From positions 8,572 to 72,571 of the forward strand of contig MHRT01000006.1 in the NCBI GenBank assembly GCA_001821055.1: a stretch of DNA of 64,000 bases, written 5' to 3'. Every line of letters starts with the position of its first letter. Within the stretch, counting starts at the first letter, position 1. The position numbers and the translations under genes were made by a program. Source of the DNA: Candidatus Taylorbacteria bacterium RIFCSPHIGHO2_12_FULL_45_16. GTDB taxonomy: Bacteria > Patescibacteriota > Minisyncoccia > Phycocordibacterales > PALSA-1337. This document shows positions 39,589 to 48,994 of the stretch, piece by piece. The notes below the pieces were generated by a model. That model made no database searches. It saw only the letters and a list, made by a program, of their open reading frames with translations, and had not been told where the DNA came from.

Positions 39589-39664
39589 CTCTAAATTCTA
39601 AGTTCTAAATCCTAAAAAAGATCAAATGCTTCTCAATTTAGAATTTAGTGTTTAGAGTTCAGAA
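39589..39664. repeat. Four 7-mers facing four inverted 7-mers
   Basis: ctctaaa ttctaag ttctaaa tcctaaa ... tttagaa tttagtg tttagag ttcagaa. Confidence 0.8.
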
Positions 39665-39674
39665 CTTTACTAAC

Positions 39675-39896
39675 TTACTTCTTGGCGGTTTCCGTCTGTT
39701 TCTTGGTCTTCTTGGCGACTTTAGCCGCCAGATCCAAAATCTTGCGTCCATTATACCATCCGCAATTCATACAGACAGTGTGGCTCTTGTGGCCGACGCC
39801 GCAATTTTGACACTTTGAAACACGCCCAGCGACAAGTGCGTGATGTGAGCGCCTATTATTGCGATGTGAGCGTGTGGCACGCATGCGAACTACCAT
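39675..39896 (-). CDS. rpmF: 50S ribosomal protein L32
   Basis: MVVRMR..RRSHHAL, CxxC...H.VCxxCGWYNG. Confidence 0.93.
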   Translation of the reverse strand: MVVRMRATRSHRNNRRSHHALVAGRVSKCQNCGVGHKSHTVCMNCGWYNGRKILDLAAKVAKKTKKQTETAKK

Positions 39897-40120
39897 GAAA
39901 AGTAGTATCGCATATTCAGAAGTTTTTCGCAAACTACGCGCGAGCCTATCCTAAGCATCCACTAAGTATGATATACGGACCACGGGCCGAGAGTCTTTAT
40001 CTTGTCATGTAATCCAGCAGAAGATAGATCATTGTCAAGTCAGAGAAAATGCTGTACATTACTGTTTGTCATATACCCATAAGCGTCTTGATAGATATCG
40101 AATGATTATTGAAGAAAAGA

Positions 40121-40193
40121 GCGCCCATAGCTCAGTTGGTAGAGCAGATCCCTCTTAAGGATAAGGTCGTAGGTTCGATCCCTACTGGGCGCA
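40121..40193 (+). tRNA. tRNA-Lys(CTT)
   Basis: ATCC-CTCTTAA-GGAT anticodon arm; GTAGG-TTCGATC-CCTAC T-arm. Confidence 0.94.
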
Positions 40194-40429
40194 CTACTTC
40201 GCAACCCTGCTGATCGCAGGGTTGCTTCGTAGCGCGAGCACTCTGAATACGCTCACTGTTAAACAAGACACGGCACAGCTTGACATATATTTATAAATAT
40301 GATAGTATCTTGGACAGATTCTTAAACAGACGTTTCTGCTCAATATATCCGGGCGTAAGCTTGGGAGCAGGACATCAACTCGGCGCAAGCCGAAAACTCG
40401 TGCGAATGCACATTGGAAAACCGAATACT

Positions 40430-41282
40430 ATGAAGAAAAATATTGATACGACCAAAAAGGCCGAGACCAAAACCCTTCGCAGCCGCAAAGCCGCGTGCGA
40501 CAAAACCACCACGAAAACGGCCGCGAAGAAAAAGGTTGTCCTGCCCCTCTACTGCAACAGGAAGAACCCCTTCACGCCGGAAGCGTGGGCATGGGTAAAC
40601 AAGGAAGACGTTTGGCCCGGAACGGATAAACCTTTGTGTTTCATGCCGCCAAATCTGATCTTCGAGATCGCGAATGCGCAAAGACGAACACTGGACCTGG
40701 ACCAAGTCAAAGTTCTGGTTTACCCTGAAGGACCGACTGCCGAAATGTGCTCGTTATTGGCGGCAAAAAAGCCAACCCCTGAAGAAAAAATCTTCACCCC
40801 GGTGAACTATGCTTACGCCGTCAGTCCCAAAGGGTTGGAGCAAATCGAGGCAGGCACGCCTCTGGCTGAAGTAAAGGGTTTTTTTTCGGGGCGGACCATA
40901 CTACGTCAACAAAGGTAAGACGGAGGCAAAGGCATTCAGTGGGAGTCCGCTCCGCTTCAATTCTTCCAGCAAATGCTACTGGAGAAATGATGGGTCTTCG
41001 CTCGTAATCCAGGCAAAAGCGATAGGCCTCAAGTTAAACGGCAGCGAAGAAGATCCAGTGTGGGGTGTGCCCTTCAGTGAAATCGAAAAGGTCATCAAGG
41101 CACAATTACGGAAAACCGAGCTCTTCAATTTGGCCTCCCAGATGGCTGGAGACCTTACAAATGGACGCGAGGAAAACCGACGCCGGCGCTGGGATCATCG
41201 TATCGGTGATCATCCCTTCGAACATGGCAAGCGGAAAGACCGCCCGCGAAACAGGCATCACTCGGCCGAGGAGGCCGATTAA
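40430..41282 (+). pseudogene. Hypothetical gene (~283 aa) interrupted by a +1 frameshift at a T8 tract (40879-40886)
   Basis: Removing one T joins ORF 40430-40918 to a stop-free frame running from 40887 to TAA at 41282; single promoter (40280-40308) and terminator (41324-41358). Confidence 0.7.
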
Positions 41283-41546
41283 CAAAAATATCTCGTGAAT
41301 TGAGATCAAACAAATATAACCCAGCCCCGGACAAATCACTGTCTGGGGCGAAATTTTTTATACCAGAGAACCTATATTTTTAGGCCTATTTTTACCTTAC
41401 TTTAGCAAAGCACATAAAGCTTGACAAAGCCATTGTATATGTTATAATAGCACGAGTAACTGAAGACTTGATCGTAGTGACTTTTGAAAACAAAAACCTT
41501 GCCCGAAGTCATCATGCTTTGGGTATCAACAGAAAAGACAAGACAT

Positions 41547-42683
41547 ATGAAGAAAACAACACCTGCAGGATTCACCACTGCACAGCTTGCCGCAGCACGA
41601 AAAAGCGGAGGGACTATCAAGCTTGGTGGTCCGGCTCCCGCCAAATCGGCAACAAAACCCGCTCCCACGACAACCAAACCCGTCGCGACCACCGTCAAGG
41701 TGAGCACTCCGGCAAAGACGGCAACATCCGGTGCCCCGACAAAGGCAAAGATGGCACGCATCCGCAAGAAGGTGACGACTGGCACTTCTGCTTCTGGTCG
41801 AACGCCGGCGGCAATCCCGCCGATTATTCCGCCGCCAGTGATTCCACCGCCCATTCCAGTTTCGACACCATCGAAAGTTTCGTGGTGGAAAAAATTGATT
41901 CGGGCAAACACAGCAACGGCTACGGCACCGGTCCGTCACCACAATTGGTTCGGATGGTTGTTCTTGATCATCGTGATCTTGGCAATCATCATTGGGCTGA
42001 TGTGGAAGAACAGCTGGCTCTTCTTCTCGGAGAAACCAGCAGTTCAGATCGTTCGCGGGGTACTCGCGCCTCAAGTCGAAGTTTCGAATGCCCTGATTCC
42101 ACTGCCAGCGAGCACAAATCAGACACTGGCGACCGTTACACCGACAAACCCACCGGTACCTGTATTGGCAGTGACTCCGACATCCGGAGTCTCAAACAAC
42201 ACGGTTCCGCATAATCAACAGTGGCCTTCAAAAGTCACTGGCATCGAAGGCGACAACAACGACGGAAACACCGTCGTAAACAACTTCGGTACCATAAACT
42301 ACACTACGGATGGTAGCAAAGGTGTAATGATCACGGTCAAGACGAACCTACCGGGGGAGGTAAATGTACCGTTCAGGTTGCCACCTGGATGTACATCTGT
42401 CCGTGAAATCCGAGTCCACCCTTCATCGTGGAACAGTTCCGATGTTCCGCCAGTCAACGTGGAGATGAAGCCCGGCGAATACGTCAGGGTCATTCCCCCA
42501 CCAACCTGGCTGATGGACGGCCCTTACGTGGCCGACGGTCCCATCATGGTTACTCACGACGGGGTCACTTGGGACCACCGGAATTCCGCCAGGATTACAG
42601 TCAAGGAGTGGGGTTACTACATGTTGCCAGGTACAACGGCATGCAATGTGGTGATCAACTTCAAGAACCCAAAGCACCAGTAA
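41547..42683 (+). CDS. Single-pass membrane protein with Lys/Thr/Ala/Pro-rich N-terminal tail
   Basis: Low-complexity tail, TM FLIIVILAIIIGLMW; promoter 41421-41448, terminator 42702-42737. Confidence 0.75.
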   Translation: MKKTTPAGFTTAQLAAARKSGGTIKLGGPAPAKSATKPAPTTTKPVATTVKVSTPAKTATSGAPTKAKMARIRKKVTTGTSASGRTPAAIPPIIPPPVIPPPIPVSTPSKVSWWKKLIRANTATATAPVRHHNWFGWLFLIIVILAIIIGLMWKNSWLFFSEKPAVQIVRGVLAPQVEVSNALIPLPASTNQTLATVTPTNPPVPVLAVTPTSGVSNNTVPHNQQWPSKVTGIEGDNNDGNTVVNNFGTINYTTDGSKGVMITVKTNLPGEVNVPFRLPPGCTSVREIRVHPSSWNSSDVPPVNVEMKPGEYVRVIPPPTWLMDGPYVADGPIMVTHDGVTWDHRNSARITVKEWGYYMLPGTTACNVVINFKNPKHQ

Positions 42684-42951
42684 ATTCGAGTCCGATTCAC
42701 AGCGCGCGGAATGGAAACATTCCGCGCGTCTCCTTTTATACGTATAGAAAGTGCTTCAAAATAGAAACAAAATCTATTTATTTCTGTATATAAAACCTAA
42801 TTTAATCTAGGTTTTGAGCTTGACATTATGGCATATATCATGATACAATTGTCACAAAACCAATGGTACCTGTGCGGTATCAAAGAAACTTGAAAACCAA
42901 CTTCAAACCAATGGCTTTCTACGCACGAGAGAGTCTAGATGGTGAGAAACT

Positions 42952-43926
42952 ATGAACACCAATGACACAGAACAGGTAAAAAAACCTGTACCCTATTACC
43001 GAACGATGGATAGAAAGATATTTGTATGGGTCGGCAATGCAACCTTACTTGCATCTTTCGTCATCCTGACGGCAATGGGCCTCGAGTACATAACGCCGTT
43101 TGCCTTCGGGGCATGCGTGCTAGCTATGTGCTACTTCGTGACCATCATCTTGTTCTTCCTCGGAGGATACAAGAAATTCCTCGCTCCTGTGGCTGATCTG
43201 CATGCCGGCGTACTGATCAATCGGTTCTTTGGCCGCAAGGCACCCAAAACCGATACGGAAAGTTTGAGTCTCAAACCAGCCGCCTTTCTGGAGGAAGTAA
43301 GTTCTGGAATCTGGAACTCAAAATTCCCCTGGCAATCGGTTACATATGTCAACCTTCAGCGACATGTTGCCGTTGGAGGAAAACCTGGGGAATCTTACTC
43401 CTATGATCAGATTGCGCACACTTTCCTCTGGTTCGGCACCGTGAGAGCGGTGCAAGGATACTGCTGTACCTTGGTCAGGATTGGGGCACAAGCCGCAATA
43501 AATTCGATTGAAGGCCTGACTGATGCCGCCGTTTCCGTGGATATCAACAAGAGGAAATGGAAAGAAATAATTAGGGAACAAGCTCATCTCGCAAAAAACC
43601 TCGAAGAGCACTATGGTGGCGACGGGAACATGAGTGATAAGGAAGCCGGATTTGGCTTGGCCATAGAGCGTCTTGTTCTTCGAAAAGTAACTCGTAGCAA
43701 GGAGCTCCAGGATTCCGCCGAACTCGTCGAGCGCAATAGAAATCTGAGAGAAGCTGTCAGGATACTTAAAGGAAGCAAGTTGGCGGAAGGAACACATCTC
43801 ACGGACAAAGAAGCAACCGACCGTGTGCTCATGGAAGCCGGTAAGGGCGACTTGAGGGTGTTCGAAGGCCTTGAAGGCATGGGAAGAAATGTGCTCCTTA
43901 ACGTTGACAGGGGCGGAAACAAGTAA
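42952..43926 (+). CDS. Membrane protein, possibly a divergent SPFH/band-7 family member
   Basis: Two N-terminal TM segments, FPWQSV, FGLAIERLVLRKV then coiled coil. Confidence 0.5.
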   Translation: MNTNDTEQVKKPVPYYRTMDRKIFVWVGNATLLASFVILTAMGLEYITPFAFGACVLAMCYFVTIILFFLGGYKKFLAPVADLHAGVLINRFFGRKAPKTDTESLSLKPAAFLEEVSSGIWNSKFPWQSVTYVNLQRHVAVGGKPGESYSYDQIAHTFLWFGTVRAVQGYCCTLVRIGAQAAINSIEGLTDAAVSVDINKRKWKEIIREQAHLAKNLEEHYGGDGNMSDKEAGFGLAIERLVLRKVTRSKELQDSAELVERNRNLREAVRILKGSKLAEGTHLTDKEATDRVLMEAGKGDLRVFEGLEGMGRNVLLNVDRGGNK

Positions 43927-43941
43927 CCGAATGGAGTCATT

Positions 43942-44457
43942 ATGGCAAATGAGAGTAATGAGAATTCCTTGATCGTCGGACCGGAACAAGGTTCGATAAA
44001 TCTTGAGGGCGACCCAAAAGCGAAGTGGTATGCTCGTGCAATCACGGGCGGGCCACAACAATTCGGCCTGATCGTCCTATTCATGCTCACCTTGATCACG
44101 GTCTGGTACTTTCGGACATACGGTCTAAGCGGGCTAGTAACCGAAGGATCACGAAGATGGAATTGGGGTGACGCCCTCCAACCGTCGCGATCAACTACTC
44201 AACCATCCATCACCATCACAAAAGATGTCTGGAGTACGGAAGTACATCCCGGGAATAGAAAATTCTGGGTGTTATCGATCACGCCACCAGCCAGACGTCT
44301 AGTAATGGTCAATAACAACCCCGACTTGATCTATCCATTGCCAGCAGGGCCAGCTAACGAGGTGGTCGTCGGCCACGACGTCGAATCGTTGAAATGGATG
44401 ATCGTGCCGGACGAAACCGTCCAGTATTCAACCATCACATACGAATACAGACGTTGA
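43942..44457 (+). CDS. Hypothetical single-TM protein
   Basis: GGAG upstream; terminator ACGGCCTAGGA-GCAA-TCCTAGGCCGT plus T-run at 44474-44508. Confidence 0.7.
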   Translation: MANESNENSLIVGPEQGSINLEGDPKAKWYARAITGGPQQFGLIVLFMLTLITVWYFRTYGLSGLVTEGSRRWNWGDALQPSRSTTQPSITITKDVWSTEVHPGNRKFWVLSITPPARRLVMVNNNPDLIYPLPAGPANEVVVGHDVESLKWMIVPDETVQYSTITYEYRR

Positions 44458-44525
44458 GACAGTTCTTTGCAAAACGGCCTAGGAGCAATCCTAGGCCGTC
44501 CTTTTTTTATCATGAAAATACTCTC

Positions 44526-44819
44526 TTATATTCCCTTCACCGTATTCGAGATTATTTGGATAATCCCCCAAGCCGATAACATAATAAACATCCCGATGAC
44601 TCCTCCCCACATGCTCCTCTTGCCTTTTTCATGAGTCTCACCTCCGGGTTCTCCCCAAACAACTTGAAAAACCCCGTAAGCAAAGACTACAACCGCCGCG
44701 GCAAACAGAAGAACAATAATCGGATCAATTATGTGAGTGAAAATCGGGTTGACTACCCTGCCAAAAGCATCCGCATTCACTTCGGCGTATGCGTTCTCAA
44801 CAAAAGGTAAAAAACTCAT
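44526..44819 (-). CDS. VirB2/TrbC-like pilin (CPR type)
   Basis: AYA cleavage-like site, two TM segments with GK..MWGGVIG..IMLSAWGII. Confidence 0.75.
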   Translation of the reverse strand: MSFLPFVENAYAEVNADAFGRVVNPIFTHIIDPIIVLLFAAAVVVFAYGVFQVVWGEPGGETHEKGKRSMWGGVIGMFIMLSAWGIIQIISNTVKGI

Positions 44820-44824
44820 GAAGA

Positions 44825-45181
44825 TTAAGGGATCTGGCGAGGATACTGAACCTGTGGAAATTGGTTGACTGGAGCGTTGGTATCGGTGCGGAAAGTATTG
44901 GTCAAGATGCGGACAAGTCCCCAAATAGAGAGGATGACGAAGAGGCCAACTATGCCCCAGAGGATGGATTGACCGATAGGTCCGCGAGCTTCTTTGTCGC
45001 CGGCCATAATGTAACGAATGACATTGAAAATGATGAAAATAACCGCGAAGGCTATGAGGATTTCTATTACGACATTGCCAATATTGGTGAGTTTGTAAGT
45101 CAGAGAATTGACATCAGTGATCGCTTGAGCAGAAACGACGGTCGGAATAGAGACTGCGAGAACTGCTAGTATTTTCTTCAT
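44825..45181 (-). CDS. VirB2/TrbC-like pilin
   Basis: VSA-Q signal, ILWGIVGLFVILSIWGLV. Confidence 0.8.
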   Translation of the reverse strand: MKKILAVLAVSIPTVVSAQAITDVNSLTYKLTNIGNVVIEILIAFAVIFIIFNVIRYIMAGDKEARGPIGQSILWGIVGLFVILSIWGLVRILTNTFRTDTNAPVNQFPQVQYPRQIP

Positions 45182-45316
45182 GATAATATTGTTATGTTTA
45201 TTAGTGTTGTTAATTATACATTACATATCAGACAATACAATCTAACTACTGTGGATTACAAAACTGTTGGAAGTTAATATGAAATCTATTTTTGTTCAAG
45301 TAGACGAGACTTTGCG

Positions 45317-45844
45317 TCAAAAGCTTGGATCTCGTGATGAGTTAGGGTTCGCATTATTTGGTGTAGTGACAGAAGATGGATTACCTGACACACCAGGAGC
45401 AACTCCTCTAGGAGTACCCGTATTCACGGTCCCGGGAGTAACCGAAGAAGGATTACCGCTTGTATTGCCTCCCGCCGGAAACAATCCCTTGAACGATGTC
45501 CAGGAAGCCGGTTGATTGTTTTCGTTTTTTAACCCAAAGGTATTTTGCAATATATTGACCAATCCCCAAAATGAAAGAATGACGAAGAATCCTATGAGAC
45601 TATACATGACGTACAAGCTGGCGTTTTTTCTGTCTTCATTCGGCTTGATGAAGTACTGGATGATGTACCAGACAAAGATGACCACGGCCAGACCGATCAT
45701 TAAGACCAAGAACTGGTTCAAATAACCAATGATTATATTGATGACGCAAGCCAGATTTTTCTGTGAACAGACTTGTGCCTGAGTTACAAAGGGAAAAATA
45801 ACAAGAATGAAAGCTGAAAGATAGAGTGGAAATTTTTTAAACAT
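45317..45844 (-). CDS. VirB2/TrbC-like pilin with low-complexity C-terminal tail
   Basis: AQA-type signal, YSLIGFFVILSFWGLVNIL; SGNPSSVT occurs twice. Confidence 0.78.
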   Translation of the reverse strand: MFKKFPLYLSAFILVIFPFVTQAQVCSQKNLACVINIIIGYLNQFLVLMIGLAVVIFVWYIIQYFIKPNEDRKNASLYVMYSLIGFFVILSFWGLVNILQNTFGLKNENNQPASWTSFKGLFPAGGNTSGNPSSVTPGTVNTGTPRGVAPGVSGNPSSVTTPNNANPNSSRDPSF

Positions 45845-45866
45845 GATAATAATGATTAATAATTAA

Positions 45867-46286
45867 TTATTTGCCGATGGCGCTACGAACACTGTTAATG
45901 GTCTTTGGGTCTACGGTACCCGACAAAGAAAGCGTGTTGATGACGACCTCAATGATCACTCGAGCGCCAATGACCACGGCCACACCGACCACAATCCACC
46001 ACAGCCAATTCTTGAGATCTTTCATTTTCGTCACGTCGCCCCGAGAGACGATATACTGAAAGCCAACCCAGATCAAAGCCAGAACGGCTATAATTATGAC
46101 GACGTAACTGAATATTTCCACGAAACTCTGAACCAAACCGGCAACGGAATCAACTTTTAGCGGGTTGGAAAGAGTAAATGTTTTCGTTGAGTCTGAGGTT
46201 GATTGGGCAAAAACAAATACCGGCAAAAACAAAAGGGTGGTTAGGCCAAAAAAATATTTTAGTTTATAGGATGTGGTTTTAATCAT
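45867..46286 (-). CDS. VirB2/TrbC-like pilin
   Basis: VFA-Q, LSNPL, GFQYIVSRGD, WIVVG. Confidence 0.8.
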   Translation of the reverse strand: MIKTTSYKLKYFFGLTTLLFLPVFVFAQSTSDSTKTFTLSNPLKVDSVAGLVQSFVEIFSYVVIIIAVLALIWVGFQYIVSRGDVTKMKDLKNWLWWIVVGVAVVIGARVIIEVVINTLSLSGTVDPKTINSVRSAIGK

Positions 46287-46293
46287 GAACACT

Positions 46294-46902
46294 TTAAGGG
46301 CTTCCCAACAGAGTCTTGAAACCGCTATTATCAGTCAGCCAACTCAAGATCTGATAAACAATGAACCAGGCCGATAGCATTATTATAAACCCTAAGAAGA
46401 TTTTGGGGAAGATACTATGAGCTTTGTCGATTTTGGCTTTTTGGCCAGAAATATAAAGTAAACCAGCATAAGATAACATCAGTATGGCAACCAAAACGCC
46501 CAGAACCATCATTATATTGATCAGATGCTGAACTAGAAGAATAACGGCGTCGAAATCACAAGGCACGTAATCACGATTGTTGTTTGCGGCTTTGAATTCC
46601 GCCATCGTCTTTATACTGAATTGAGTATAAGCTCCGGTGACATCTTTTGGCAGACTCGGCCCATCACAGACCGCTATTCTGAAGGCAGAACTGTTGGGAT
46701 TGGTGGAGGGTTCCAGCTGGGATTGCAGGGTGCGAGCCGGAACGGTAGTCGGAGGTGGTGGTGGCTGATTGCCGACAGATTGAGCTTTTACAATACTGTC
46801 TGACCAGACATTTGAAGTCAAAACCACCACGACAATCAAACAAATACTAGCACAGACTTTGGTATTTTTTGAAAATATTTTATTTTGATTACATTTGTTC
46901 AT
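46294..46902 (-). CDS. VirB2/TrbC-like pilin with a cysteine pair
   Basis: VCDG...PCDF, YAGLLYI, GFIIMLSAWFIV. Confidence 0.78.
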   Translation of the reverse strand: MNKCNQNKIFSKNTKVCASICLIVVVVLTSNVWSDSIVKAQSVGNQPPPPPTTVPARTLQSQLEPSTNPNSSAFRIAVCDGPSLPKDVTGAYTQFSIKTMAEFKAANNNRDYVPCDFDAVILLVQHLINIMMVLGVLVAILMLSYAGLLYISGQKAKIDKAHSIFPKIFLGFIIMLSAWFIVYQILSWLTDNSGFKTLLGSP

Positions 46903-46928
46903 ATTTTACCGTTCACAATTCACTTCTA

Positions 46929-48227
46929 CTACTGTAAAGCTTCTCTCAACAATATATCATACTGCTCCCCCGCGCTCTGGATGGCTTGATACGACGACTT
47001 GGACCCACTAGTGATGTCTTGAATCATCGTACCAAAGAGATCCCGAGACTTTTGCGGATCAGCATCCAGCCAGGTCTTGGAAATCAGGGCTGTTTCATTG
47101 AATACGGAAATGTATGGATCGCTGGAACCTTGGGCAATAACATCGCGACGGACCGTCGGCAAATACAACGTAAGATTTAGTTCGGAAATATTGGCCGGAT
47201 CGGTCAAGATGGAGATAACTTGGAAGACCGCGTCGGCATAAGGCGAAGTACGAACAATGGAAAAACCATTCATTTTGGCGTAAGTGGCTTTGGTTCCACC
47301 GGATCGCAACTGCGGCAAAGGCGCAACATCAAAATTGATGTTAGCATTCTTGGCGCGAATATCCTTGAGCTCGGAAGAAAAACCAAAATAGGTCGCCAGA
47401 CTTCCGGACAAAAAGGCGGATTTTGAAGCCGGCATTCCCCTGTTCCATGAATAGTTGGGGCTGGCGGGATCAACAAATTTGATGAAAAAGGTAACGGCCG
47501 GCGTTGGATCTGGTGAAAATGACGGCTTCAGAGTGCTTTGAATAAAACCATCATTGTCCGTCCTGGTTATAGGATTCCCAGCCTGCATAATCAATGAGGC
47601 AAGAATCTCGCGCGCATTGCCAACGTTGGTGAAATCGCCAAGCGCGATGGCAGACTTGCGAATATTACCGTTCTGGTCTTTGGAGGTTAGTTTGGCATTG
47701 AGTGAAGTGAATTCATCCCAGAATTTCGGATACGTAGCCAAGCCGGCAGCATTGAAGATGTCACGATTCCAGTACATAACAAGCGGATCAACCGTAAATG
47801 GGATGGCGATTAGACCGTTGGAATTTAGATAGATTACACCCTCTTCAATAAAATTGTCCATGAATGTCCTCTGCGACAAGGCACTAAATGGTATGGCCAC
47901 GAGCTTGTCGTAGTGCGGCAAGAGCATGTCAGCTGGTATCAATATACCATCGGGCCCGGTACCCCGCGCCAGCGCGGCGATAAATTCTTGTGAGAATGTG
48001 GCGGAGTTTTTTTGGACATAATTGACCACAATCGGTTGTGACAAATTTGTATTTACTTTGGCAACATAGGAGTTGAACGTATCCGCCGAAAATGTCCCCC
48101 AAAAAGTCACCGGCGGTATAGTAGTACTCGAACTACTTCCTTTATAAAGAGCAAACGCAGCTACTCCGCCGACAAGAAAAATAAGAAAGATGGCGATCGT
48201 GATGATTTGAAATTTAGTTATTTTCAT
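46929..48227 (-). CDS. Extracellular solute-binding protein (sugar-binding family 1-like)
   Basis: VTFWG, ALARGTGPD, AIPFTVDPLVMYWNRDIF, FDVAPLPQ. Confidence 0.85.
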   Translation of the reverse strand: MKITKFQIITIAIFLIFLVGGVAAFALYKGSSSSTTIPPVTFWGTFSADTFNSYVAKVNTNLSQPIVVNYVQKNSATFSQEFIAALARGTGPDGILIPADMLLPHYDKLVAIPFSALSQRTFMDNFIEEGVIYLNSNGLIAIPFTVDPLVMYWNRDIFNAAGLATYPKFWDEFTSLNAKLTSKDQNGNIRKSAIALGDFTNVGNAREILASLIMQAGNPITRTDNDGFIQSTLKPSFSPDPTPAVTFFIKFVDPASPNYSWNRGMPASKSAFLSGSLATYFGFSSELKDIRAKNANINFDVAPLPQLRSGGTKATYAKMNGFSIVRTSPYADAVFQVISILTDPANISELNLTLYLPTVRRDVIAQGSSDPYISVFNETALISKTWLDADPQKSRDLFGTMIQDITSGSKSSYQAIQSAGEQYDILLREALQ

Positions 48228-48237
48228 AAGTGTATAA

Positions 48238-48753
48238 TTAACGCCTAAAAATCAACCCATAATGATGATCGCCGGCGTTAAATGAATTCTCCAGTTTGAA
48301 ACCGTTTTTTTCAAAAAGCATTTGTGCTTTCATGGCCGGCACGATGACTTTTGGACTCAAGGGAGTGATACCGCTCCAATCAATCACCAGAACTTTACCC
48401 TCGAGTCTGAGAATGCGCTTAATTTCAAGACAAAAATCGTCCGGCTTCTCTACCTGAAACAATACATTGGAGGCAACCACGCAATCTGCGATACCTTCGC
48501 GAAGCTTTGTGCCGCCGATCTTTTCGACATTCCCCCAGACGACCTCAATATTGTGCACACCCTGCGCAGTAGCCATAGAACGTAGTCGCTCCAGAAGATT
48601 TTTTTGAACATCAACAGCATATACCCTGCCGCTCGAACCGACTTTCTTGGCGGCTTCAAGGCTATAAAAACCGGAACCAGCCCCCAAGTCAACAACTTTC
48701 TGGCCTTCAGTAAGACCTAATTTAGCAAGATTTGAGACAGGGTCTGAAAACAT
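48238..48753 (-). CDS. Class I SAM-dependent methyltransferase
   Basis: VVDLGAGSG, VYAVDVQ, GKVLVIDW. Confidence 0.9.
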   Translation of the reverse strand: MFSDPVSNLAKLGLTEGQKVVDLGAGSGFYSLEAAKKVGSSGRVYAVDVQKNLLERLRSMATAQGVHNIEVVWGNVEKIGGTKLREGIADCVVASNVLFQVEKPDDFCLEIKRILRLEGKVLVIDWSGITPLSPKVIVPAMKAQMLFEKNGFKLENSFNAGDHHYGLIFRR

Positions 48754-48849
48754 AGGTTAATTATAGCGCATTTGCCAACAAGCATAAAAGAGTCTGGGGA
48801 CAAGAGAAATTTGGCAGTTTGTCACACTCTATGAGGTACGGATCAATTG

Positions 48850-48936
48850 CGGAGGGTAAGGGATTCGAACCCTTGATGAGGTTTCCCCCATACCACCTTT
48901 CCAAGGTGGCGCACTCGACCACTATGCGAACCCTCC
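48850..48936 (-). tRNA. tRNA-Ser(GGA)
   Basis: CCACC-TTGGAAA-GGTGG, long variable arm. Confidence 0.96.
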
Positions 48937-48940
48937 TTAC

Positions 48941-48990
48941 TTGTAACTTGTGACTGGTTACTAGTGACCAGTTACAAGTTCACCAGTTAT
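48941..48990. repeat. Inverted 7-mer array
   Basis: aacttgtgactggttact|agtgaccagttacaagtt (16/18 palindromic). Confidence 0.75.
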
Positions 48991-48994
48991 TAGC

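Noticed and set aside
40194-44508. Prophage or integrative element at tRNA-Lys
   Set aside because: No integrase or phage genes, and no duplicated tRNA 3' end was seen.
45251-45259. DnaA-box-like TGTGGATTA (also TTATCCCCA near 16199)
   Set aside because: These are isolated one-mismatch hits with no cluster or dnaA nearby, so there is no support for oriC.
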